NCBI GenBank assembly: GCA_964602595.1
Contig: CAZRRO010000003.1
Location: 413,438 to 477,437, forward strand
DNA from: an uncultured Verrucomicrobiota bacterium
Lineage (GTDB): Bacteria > Verrucomicrobiota > Verrucomicrobiia > Limisphaerales > UBA9464
DNA: 64,000 nt
Direction: 5' to 3'
Shown here: piece by piece, positions 8,478-18,034 of the stretch
How the letters are laid out: each line of letters starts with the position of its first letter
Numbering within the stretch: position 1 is the first letter of the stretch
Translations under genes and position numbers: made by a program
The notes under the pieces: model-generated
Databases searched by the model: none
What the model saw: the letters and a program-made list of their open reading frames with translations, nothing else
Told to the model about the DNA's origin: nothing

Positions 8478-9785
8478 CTACTTCCCCACCGGCTTCGGCT
8501 GCGCCTGCTCCCACTCGTCCTTGGTCGCGGCCTTCTGCTCGTGCAGCAGGACGAACGTGCCCTTCTTGTTGCCCACGACGAGGTCAGGCAGGCCGTTTTT
8601 GTCCACGTCGCCCACGATCAGCTGGGTGCCCACGCCGGAGCCGTCGTCGATGCGGTAGGGCACGAAGTCCACCGACTTGTCGGCGCCGCGCACCAGCTTG
8701 AACCAGTAGTTCACCGCGGCCTGGTTGCGGTCGGGATCGCCCGTGCGGCCGTGTGACCAGAAGCGTTTGCCGGTGACGATGTCCTTCAGGCCGTCGCCGT
8801 CCATGTCCACCAGCTCGATGGCGTGCAGTTCGGTGAACTTCACGCCGTAGCGGTTCTCGTGCGCCTCCTTGTTCATGAGGATGTGCTCCCGGAACTTGAG
8901 CTCGCCGCCTTCGCGATACTGCTCGAACCACGCGAGGCCGTAGCCGTGCGCCGTCAGTGCGGTGATGATGTCGTTCAGCCCGTCGCCGTTCACGTCGTAG
9001 GCGAACATGTGCGAGCCGCCCAGGCCGAACGGGCCGGCGTGGAACTTCCATTCCGGATCACCGGCGAGCGAGGCGGGCTGTTCCCACCAGCCGTCCTTTT
9101 CCAGCAGGTCCAGGCGCCCGTCGCCGTTCACGTCGCCGAGCCCCATGCCGTGCGTGAAGTTGCCGTAGTTCTTGTTCGGCGAGATCGGATGCCAGGTCCA
9201 CGGCTTGGTCGTGTCGTTCCAGTCGGGCGTCGCGTAGCCGTAGGCGCCTTTGGTGATGCAGACGAGCTCGGGTTTACCGTCGCCCGTGAGGTCGGCGAAG
9301 GTCGGCGATTCGTTGTCGGTCTGCGTGAAGATGACGTGACGTGGCCAGTGTTTGTCGGACGTTTTCGGATTCTCGAACCACACGGTTTCCTGGCCGGGGA
9401 AGCCAATGATCAAGACGTCCAGCCAGCCGTCGTTGTTGAAGTCGCGCGGGAAGGCGAAGAAGTTGTCCGAGTAGGTGTTCTTGTTGCCGAGCCCACCTTC
9501 GAAGCCGGGGACGTCCACCGTGGTGAACGGCCCCAGCTGAAGCTTGAACGTCGTCTTGGGCGCATAGAGCTCGTGCTTGTTGGTGAAACCCGGTCCCTCA
9601 TACCACCACGGGCCTGACACGATGTCGTTCACGCCGTCGCGGTTGAAGTCGCCGAAGCTGGCGCCCTCGCACCAGAACTGGTCGCTCAGCTGAAGCCGTT
9701 TGAACGTGTGAAGGGTGAATTCGGCGGCCGACAGGGACAGGACGGTGGTCAGCCCCAAGGCGCTGGAAAGCAGGCGGAGGTTCAT
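8478..9785 (-). CDS. Secreted FG-GAP/VCBS-repeat (7-bladed beta-propeller-like) protein
   Basis: ORF 8478-9851; the ATG at 9785 yields signal peptide MNLRLLSSALGLTTVLSLSAAEF. Seven Ca-binding-like D.[ND].DG..D motifs are present (FNRDGVNDIV, FNNDGWLDVL, LTGDGKPELV, VNGDGRLDLL, VNGDGLNDII, MDGDGLKDIV, VDKNGLPDLV). Confidence 0.75.
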   Translation of the reverse strand: MNLRLLSSALGLTTVLSLSAAEFTLHTFKRLQLSDQFWCEGASFGDFNRDGVNDIVSGPWWYEGPGFTNKHELYAPKTTFKLQLGPFTTVDVPGFEGGLGNKNTYSDNFFAFPRDFNNDGWLDVLIIGFPGQETVWFENPKTSDKHWPRHVIFTQTDNESPTFADLTGDGKPELVCITKGAYGYATPDWNDTTKPWTWHPISPNKNYGNFTHGMGLGDVNGDGRLDLLEKDGWWEQPASLAGDPEWKFHAGPFGLGGSHMFAYDVNGDGLNDIITALTAHGYGLAWFEQYREGGELKFREHILMNKEAHENRYGVKFTELHAIELVDMDGDGLKDIVTGKRFWSHGRTGDPDRNQAAVNYWFKLVRGADKSVDFVPYRIDDGSGVGTQLIVGDVDKNGLPDLVVGNKKGTFVLLHEQKAATKDEWEQAQPKPVGK

Positions 9786-9854
9786 GTGCAGCGGGAATTG
9801 AACGCTCCGAGCGGGCGCCGGATTCGGAAAAGTTGCAAGCGACGCCTGCAATGA

Positions 9855-9878
9855 GCCGGGGCGGGGAGTTGCCCCGGC
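9855..9878 (-). terminator. GC hairpin after rnr (possible terminator)
   Basis: gccggggc-ggggagtt-gccccggc, a perfect 8-bp stem, 47 nt after the rnr stop. There is no clear U-tract. It lies inside the long version of the FG-GAP ORF, which argues for the 9785 start. Confidence 0.35.
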
Positions 9879-9924
9879 CCGGCAAGACTGGAATGGCTAC
9901 CCCCGGGGCGACCGGGAGCCCGCT

Positions 9925-12498
<2,574 letters not shown>

Positions 12499-12650
12499 TG
12501 AATCGAACCCAGGGCCGGCAAAATGGCCGCTCCTGCAGTTCCAAGCGGGAGCATGACCCAAGTCCGGACGTTTGGCACATAGTTTCGCCGCGGACCCGAT
12601 TTTGTCCGCGCTGGACGAAGGTGGGCGGACCCCGGCGCGACGAGCGAGCC

Positions 12651-13085
12651 TCAGTCGCGATTCGGACCTGGTTCGCTTGGCCGCGGGCGGCTCCGGAGGT
12701 AGTCGCCCAGCCGGGGATTCAGCCGGTCCGCCCACACGCCGTGATACCGCGGCTGCCGGATCTCCCACGCGACCAGCACAACCGTGACCGGGAGCTGGCC
12801 CAGCAGGACCGGGAGCAGCCGTAGGTCCCCGCGCGCGGCCCAGCCCGCCACGTTGAGGAGGAACAGCGCCGCCCACAGCAGTTCGAGTCGCCGGCACAGA
12901 CGGACGACGTTGCAGAACATGAAGAAGTGCCCGCCCACTAGCGGCGGCAGCCAGACCAGCTCGGGCACCGCCCGGGAAAACCACGCCGTCACGCCCGCGA
13001 GCCCCGCCAACACCCAGGCATCGGTCCGGAAGAACCGAAACCCCCAGTGGCCGGAGCGGTGGGCGGCGGTGAAGTCTGGGGTCAT
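12651..13085 (-). CDS. Small integral membrane protein, function unknown
   Basis: 144 aa with ATG at 13085. About four hydrophobic helices (WVLAGLAGVTAWF, VWLPPLVGGHFFMFCNVV, LLWAALFLLNVAGWA, LLPVLLGQLPVTVVLVAW). Same strand, lying between the ARH-fusion gene and rnr. Confidence 0.5.
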   Translation of the reverse strand: MTPDFTAAHRSGHWGFRFFRTDAWVLAGLAGVTAWFSRAVPELVWLPPLVGGHFFMFCNVVRLCRRLELLWAALFLLNVAGWAARGDLRLLPVLLGQLPVTVVLVAWEIRQPRYHGVWADRLNPRLGDYLRSRPRPSEPGPNRD

Positions 13086-13112
13086 GAACTTGGGGTGCCG
13101 TGAGGATGGGTC

Positions 13113-14489
13113 CTATCGGTCGAGATGCTGGAAAGGGATGGCCTCCCTCGCGGCCAACCATTCGGCAGGAATGCCTGCATGGCCGACCGCCAGCGCGACA
13201 ATCCCGCCGACAATGGCGCAGTTGGTGTCGATGTCGCCGGCGATGCTGGCTGTGGCCCAAAGGGCTTCGCGGTAGTCTTCGAGATGCCGGGCAGCGAGCC
13301 AGAGGCAGACCGGAACGGTGTCGGGGGCGCTGATGCGGCTGCCGTTGCCCAAGATTCGGCCGACATGGTCCGGCGAAGCGAGGAAGGGAATTCGAAGCGC
13401 GGCCGCGATGCCGCGGCGGGTTTCACCATCGGGCGTCAGGTCGTAAGCGGCTTCCAAGAGGTTCGGTGATGCCGGGGCCGGCTTCGTTTGCCTGGCGACC
13501 CATCCGGCCGCCAGTGCTACGGCCACGGCTCCGGCTTTTCCTTCGCGATGGGCGTGGGTCACTTCCGCCGACGCGATGGCTTCCGCCACCAAACGCCTTG
13601 GATCGTCCGCGAAATACGCTCCCAACGGAGCCACACGCATGGCGCCACCATTGCCCAACGAGCCCGTCCCATCGAATGCGCGGCCGGCCGCGTCGATCCA
13701 AGAGACGCCCTCGTGGATTTGACGAAGGATGCCGTGAGCGGTGCCGCCGTAACCCCGACGCGGGTCCAACATGTAGCGAGCGGCAAAGGCTTTTGCGAGG
13801 GATAGGCGCTCAATGCCGCCAAAGCGTTCCAGGGCTTCAACCACTGAAATCGCCATCACTGTGTCGTCGGTGACGAACCAGGGACTCGGCGGATCGAAGC
13901 GGCCGGCGATCCGGCTTCGGAATATGTCGTCGGGCCCGAAGAAGCATTCGCCAAACGCATCGCCCAGCGAGAGCCCCTCAAACGCCAGAGCCGCACGTTC
14001 CATCCGGGCCGCCTGGTCCGACGGAAGCCCGGCCGCAACTCCGCGCACGCCGTCCGGTTGGATCACTCGGTGTGCCGCGATCAGGGATCTGGCCTTACGC
14101 AGCCAACTGGTGGCAATCCACCCGCCGCCAAACGGCCCCACCCGCTCCCACGCCCAGCCGCCGAATCTCAGTTCGTTGATCATCGATTCCACCCGCTCGT
14201 GGTTGGAGGAATGGACGATCACCGGGCAAACCGGCTTTTGCTGCGCCAGCCAAGACGCCACTTCCAAACCGTCGCCCGGATCGCACGTCGCTCCGGGCAT
14301 TCGGTTGAGATCGTGATCCAGCGAGATCAACGAGGTGCGGTGAAGGAACGGCCCCGCCTCCGCCATGAACGCATGGGCCTCCCGCCAAAGACGCAACTCC
14401 GCCGCAGGTTCCAACTGGGCCACCGCCGCCTGAAATGCGGCGATCCGCTCGTCGTTGTCTTCGAGGATGAGGACGGCCGCTCGGTTCAT
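13113..14489 (-). CDS. Receiver-like domain fused to ADP-ribosylglycohydrolase (ARH/DraG family)
   Basis: The N-terminal ~130 aa have a flavodoxin/REC-like pattern (VLILEDND, LISLDHDL, VIVHSSN). The C-terminal ~300 aa carry ARH motifs (GLSLGDAFGE, FVTDDTVMA, GNGGAMRVAPLG, AGDIDTNCAIVGGIVA). The ATG at 14489 overlaps the kptA stop (ATGA). Confidence 0.85.
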   Translation of the reverse strand: MNRAAVLILEDNDERIAAFQAAVAQLEPAAELRLWREAHAFMAEAGPFLHRTSLISLDHDLNRMPGATCDPGDGLEVASWLAQQKPVCPVIVHSSNHERVESMINELRFGGWAWERVGPFGGGWIATSWLRKARSLIAAHRVIQPDGVRGVAAGLPSDQAARMERAALAFEGLSLGDAFGECFFGPDDIFRSRIAGRFDPPSPWFVTDDTVMAISVVEALERFGGIERLSLAKAFAARYMLDPRRGYGGTAHGILRQIHEGVSWIDAAGRAFDGTGSLGNGGAMRVAPLGAYFADDPRRLVAEAIASAEVTHAHREGKAGAVAVALAAGWVARQTKPAPASPNLLEAAYDLTPDGETRRGIAAALRIPFLASPDHVGRILGNGSRISAPDTVPVCLWLAARHLEDYREALWATASIAGDIDTNCAIVGGIVALAVGHAGIPAEWLAAREAIPFQHLDR

Positions 14490-15049
14490 GAGGAACTGGA
14501 GGTTGCGGGTGGCAACTCGATGAACTCCGGCGGCACTTGGTCGGTGAGCCAGACGTGGTTTGGCGTCAGGAAGAAGGCGTGGCCAGCGCGATGCATTTCG
14601 CCGGCCCGGATGGTCAGGAGGATCGGGCGACCTCGACGGGCACCAACCTTCAACGTCATTTCGGTTTCGGCGGAGAGGTGGACGTGATGACGCTGCATCT
14701 TGCAGAGACCCCGCTCGCGGATGGCGGGAAGGAACTGGGCGGCGGTGCCGTGGTAGAGGAGTTCAGGCGGAACCGCCGGAGCATGGTCCAACGCGACCTC
14801 GATCGAATGTCCTTGGTTAGCGCGGATGCGATGTCCGTCGGGACTGAGGGCGAAGCGCTGCTTGTCGCTCGTGCGGACGATCTCTTCGAGGTCGGTTCGG
14901 CTCAAAGCCCGCCCATGCTTGGCCAGTGCCGCGAGTAGGTCTTCCACGGCGATCCAGCCGGCGGAATCCAGGGTGATTCCAATGGTCTCAGGCTGGTGCC
15001 GCAGTACGAGGCTTAGGAACTTGCTCATGGAAACCATCTTGGATCTCAC
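14486..15049 (-). CDS. kptA: RNA 2'-phosphotransferase (Tpt1/KptA family)
   Basis: SKFLSLVLRHQPE..GI.LD..GW..V..LL, KQRFAL..DG.RIRANQGHS, LYHGT, HVHLS; length ~180 aa. The GTG at 15049 overlaps the upstream stop (GTGA). ATG alternatives are at 15037 and 15028. Confidence 0.9.
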   Translation of the reverse strand: MRSKMVSMSKFLSLVLRHQPETIGITLDSAGWIAVEDLLAALAKHGRALSRTDLEEIVRTSDKQRFALSPDGHRIRANQGHSIEVALDHAPAVPPELLYHGTAAQFLPAIRERGLCKMQRHHVHLSAETEMTLKVGARRGRPILLTIRAGEMHRAGHAFFLTPNHVWLTDQVPPEFIELPPATSSSS

Positions 15050-15402
15050 GCCATGCCCCCTGTGAATTCGCGGACGACTTCGATCTCGCCGACAATGTTC
15101 GCGTTGAACTCGGTCAGTTCCTCAGCGGGAACCCAGAGTTCCTGATGCACGCGGCTGCCGACGGTCTCCACCTTGAACTTGGAGAGGTAGTCGGAGCGAA
15201 CGGCGAAGCGGGTCACGTAGCCGGCTCCGGAATCCTTCACATTCCAGTCGCGGGCGATCTGGGCGGCGTATTCCTCGTTGAGCACCGGGTAGAAGATCGG
15301 TTGCTCCGGTAGGCGCGGCGGAAACGCTTTCATGCCGCTGGCGCGGATGAGCGCGAGTTCATTTGGGCCAACAGGGCGGTAAAGCGTGGTGGTCAGATTC
15401 AT
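15046..15402 (-). CDS. Conserved-looking 118-aa protein of unknown function embedded in the ADP-ribose operon
   Basis: MNLTTTLYRPVGPNELALIRASGMKAFPPRLPEQPIFYPVLNEEYAAQIARDWN... I do not recognise a named family. It has 4-nt overlaps with both neighbours (ATGA at 15399-15402, GTGA at 15046-15049) and good GC3 codon usage. Confidence 0.7.
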   Translation of the reverse strand: MNLTTTLYRPVGPNELALIRASGMKAFPPRLPEQPIFYPVLNEEYAAQIARDWNVKDSGAGYVTRFAVRSDYLSKFKVETVGSRVHQELWVPAEELTEFNANIVGEIEVVREFTGGMA

Positions 15403-15845
15403 GCCGTCTCCCTCCTTAGTTCATCCCGGATCGCCATGAGGATGAGCCCCAGCTTGTTCTTGCCGGTGCCATCGCCGCCGTCGCCCCAATAGCGGTCATT
15501 GCGGGTGTGCTCGATCAAATGGACTTCACCGGTGGAGAGGAGCAAGTCACGGAGCCGTGGATGTTGGGTGAACTTCGCTCGCACGGCCTCGGTCATGATG
15601 GCGTCCTTGACCGACTCCCAATCCCGGCGGAGCGGCTTCTTCCGGTCGCGACCGGCCCGTGCGGCGATCATGGGCGAATTGAGCAGGCGGATGCTTTCCT
15701 CGTGTTCCGTGCCCGGGAATTTCTGAGCCTGGAAATAGTGCTCTGCGGTCGGCCAGGTCCGGCCCTTCAACACGATGGGAAACGCGGCGAAATTCGAGAA
15801 CTCACCGTAGGGCTCTTCAACTCGGTAAAAGCGGATGGTGTTCAT
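15399..15845 (-). CDS. NADAR (YbiA/DUF1768) domain protein
   Basis: FYRVEEPYGEFSNF....I.L.G..WPTAEHYFQAQKF ... NDRYWGDGGDGTGKNKLG..LM..R; 148 aa. ATGA overlaps at both ends. Confidence 0.85.
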   Translation of the reverse strand: MNTIRFYRVEEPYGEFSNFAAFPIVLKGRTWPTAEHYFQAQKFPGTEHEESIRLLNSPMIAARAGRDRKKPLRRDWESVKDAIMTEAVRAKFTQHPRLRDLLLSTGEVHLIEHTRNDRYWGDGGDGTGKNKLGLILMAIRDELRRETA

Positions 15846-16678
15846 TGTCCGATTTGATTCAGGCGGGTGTTGAAAGCTTTCAGGACTGCCGAATTTGGCG
15901 ACTTGTCGAAGATGGCAAAGACCACCTTGGTGAAAGCAGTGGCAAAGGAGCCGTTGCCGAGCAGCAGACGAGCAAAGGCGTCGGCGACGAGGGAGGGATC
16001 ATTCCGGAACACTCCGCAACCCCACGCGCCAAGGATCAAGGTGTCCACCTGCTTGGCGACGGCGAGCTGCAGCACGAACTCGGCGCGCCGTCGGAGGGTT
16101 TCGGGCACGAGCGGCAGTTTGGCTGGTTCGTTGTTGGCCAAAGCCCCTGCATTGGGCGCCGGCGAAGTGATGACCGAGGCGATGGCGGGTTCATCCAACA
16201 GCTCACCGTTGTCATCCACGAAGAACGGGACGCCCGGCGAAAAGATGGCCGTGTGCTGATAGAGCAGGCAGCGGCTATTTCGATGACGTTCGTAGAACTG
16301 GGGCTGGCGTAGCAGACATGGATACAGTCCGGACGACCGCGCTAGGGACTCTTCCTGCGCTTGGGCTCCACCGAGAAAGCCGCCGCCGGGATTCTTGGCG
16401 GAGGCAAAGTTCAAGGCGGCGAGGTGTCCGCTCCCGACGCGATGCAATCGGACGATGGCTTCGACCGTGGACTCCGTTGTGACTTCAATCCCGGTCGATC
16501 CGCCGACGCGGACGAGTGTGGAACCGGACATCGGAGTTTCGTGGAAAGTGGTTCCGGCAAGAGCGGGCTGCATCATTGAATTCAGATCAACGGTTGCGCC
16601 GGTCCGGGTCTGGTAGTTTCCGCGCTCCAACAGTTCGAGTGTCTGCTCGGCGAGGCGGATGCGATGGTTTCGGTTCAT
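15842..16678 (-). CDS. Microbial-type poly(ADP-ribose) glycohydrolase-like macro-fold protein (TIGR02452/DUF2263-like)
   Basis: ALNFASAKNPGGGFLGGAQAQEESLARSS contains the PARG signature GGG-X7-QEE. It also has SPGVPFF and LILGAWGCGVF; 278 aa. Confidence 0.8.
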   Translation of the reverse strand: MNRNHRIRLAEQTLELLERGNYQTRTGATVDLNSMMQPALAGTTFHETPMSGSTLVRVGGSTGIEVTTESTVEAIVRLHRVGSGHLAALNFASAKNPGGGFLGGAQAQEESLARSSGLYPCLLRQPQFYERHRNSRCLLYQHTAIFSPGVPFFVDDNGELLDEPAIASVITSPAPNAGALANNEPAKLPLVPETLRRRAEFVLQLAVAKQVDTLILGAWGCGVFRNDPSLVADAFARLLLGNGSFATAFTKVVFAIFDKSPNSAVLKAFNTRLNQIGQ

Positions 16679-16693
16679 GGAGTGAAAGTAGAG

Positions 16694-17383
16694 TTACAGC
16701 CAGAAGCTGAAGCCGCGTTTGCGGAGCTGCTGGTATTTGCGTTCGTCGAAGCGGTGGAGGCGGGCGGCGCGGTGGGCCACGTCTTGCTGGATCTCGCCGG
16801 TGTCCACCAGCAGGCCCATGCCGAGGATCTTTTTCCGGAAGTTGCGTTTATCGAGGCGCTCTTCGAGCACGACTTCGTAGAGGTGCTGGAGCTGGCCGAG
16901 GGTGAACTTGGCCGGCAGCAGCTCGAAGCCGATGGGTTCGTAGCGGACCTTGCCGCGCAGCCGGGCCAGTGCGGTGGCGAGGATGTGTTCGTGGTCGAAG
17001 GCAAGGTCGGGGGCGTCGTCCACGCTGAACCACGCGGCCTGTCGGGCGTCCGTGGCGGCCTGGGGCCTGTGGTCGGCCAGCGAGACGAGCGCGTAGTAGG
17101 CGACGCTGACGACGCGTTCGCGCGGGTCGCGGTCGGGCGCGCCGAAGGTGTAGAGCTGCTCCAGGAAGATGTCCTTCAAGCCGGTTTCCTCGGCGAGTTC
17201 GCGGCGGGCGGCGTCCTCCAGCGATTCCTCCACGCGGACGAAGCCGCCGGGGAGCGCCCATTTGCCCTCGAACGGCTTCAGGTCGCGCTGAATGAGCAGC
17301 ACCTTGAGGTCTCCCTCGTCGAAGCCGAAGACGACGCAGTCCACCGTGAGGGCGGCCCGGGGATATTCGTAGGTGTGTGGCAT
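16694..17383 (-). CDS. nrtR: Nudix hydrolase fused to C-terminal winged-helix domain (NrtR-type ADP-ribose-responsive regulator)
   Basis: Complete Nudix box [26 protein letters not shown]-terminal ~80 aa follows ([33 protein letters not shown]), as in NrtR wHTH domains. It is the first gene of the operon. Confidence 0.85.
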   Translation of the reverse strand: MPHTYEYPRAALTVDCVVFGFDEGDLKVLLIQRDLKPFEGKWALPGGFVRVEESLEDAARRELAEETGLKDIFLEQLYTFGAPDRDPRERVVSVAYYALVSLADHRPQAATDARQAAWFSVDDAPDLAFDHEHILATALARLRGKVRYEPIGFELLPAKFTLGQLQHLYEVVLEERLDKRNFRKKILGMGLLVDTGEIQQDVAHRAARLHRFDERKYQQLRKRGFSFWL

Positions 17384-17393
17384 GGTTTTGTTC

Positions 17394-17421
17394 GGACACG
17401 TTGTTAGTGTCCATGCGACAC
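17394..17421 (-). promoter_or_regulatory. Candidate operator: interlocked inverted repeats GGACAC-N7-GTGTCC-N4-GACAC upstream of nrtR
   Basis: 17394-17399 ggacac / 17407-17412 gtgtcc (perfect, 7-nt spacer), and gtgtc 17407-17411 / gacac 17417-17421. It starts 10 nt upstream of the nrtR ATG, in the nrtR / zinc-ribbon divergent region. Confidence 0.35.
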
Positions 17422-17763
17422 GAAGTCAAGGCCGGCCTGCCCCAAGCCCATTGACAGTCCGGGCGGCGGGAGAGATGTGTCGAGGGTCTGTTGCAGCCTA
17501 AGCCGACCCGCCTTCCTGCGGATCGGCGCGGGGGAACCAAGTTCCTCAATGCGAATTGAGGGTGGGGCGCACGGCACCGGGTAACCGGGGCCAAGGTCAC
17601 TTCCAAGACCGAGCCCGTCAGCTAACTCCGTCGGCAGCTGGAAGGGCGATCCTCTGGGTCCGCAAGTTGCGGCGCCCACGTTCACCCCGTCTGAAACCGC
17701 GCGGCGGCCTCGTGCCGACGCGCACCGATGCGTCGCGCTCACCCGCGGCGCATCCCTGAAGTC

Positions 17764-18006
17764 ATGAGTGAACTGAAAACAAACGCGCCGCGAACCTGTC
17801 CCGAATGCGGCGGCTCCCACCTCTACCAATCAATCACGGCTTCGGCCGGCACGCATGGTCCGGCGTTGTTGCCGGGCCTGGGCGGTTTCCTGAGCTTCGC
17901 CAAGTTCCGGGTCGTGGTCTGTGCCGATTGCGGCCTGACCCGCTTCTACGCCGAGCCCGACGCCCGTGCCAAACTCAGCGGTTCCAGCCGCTGGTTTCGC
18001 CTCTGA
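17764..18006 (+). CDS. Small zinc-ribbon protein
   Basis: ATG at 17764 (MSELKTN...). Two CxxC pairs (CPECGG ... CADCG) are separated by 44 aa; 80 aa in total. It ends 28 nt before the SPFH gene. Confidence 0.55.
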   Translation: MSELKTNAPRTCPECGGSHLYQSITASAGTHGPALLPGLGGFLSFAKFRVVVCADCGLTRFYAEPDARAKLSGSSRWFRL

Positions 18007-18034
18007 ACTGAAACCCAAGAGAAAGGAACTCATC

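Noticed and set aside
12499-13260. N-terminal 254-codon extension of the RNase R ORF (track start 13260)
   Set aside because: It has no RNase R similarity and an R/P/G-rich composition. It overlaps the independent membrane-protein ORF 12651-13085 and the end of the ARH gene. The GTG at 12498 begins the conserved N-terminus.
17404-17763. Possible structured ncRNA in the 380-bp nrtR/zinc-ribbon intergenic region (contains agtccgggc, reminiscent of the RNase P GAAAGUCCGGGC box); also ORF 17404-17829
   Set aside because: I could find none of the other RNase P, SRP, tmRNA or riboswitch conserved strings on either strand, and the ORF has junk composition. An Infernal/Rfam scan would be decisive.
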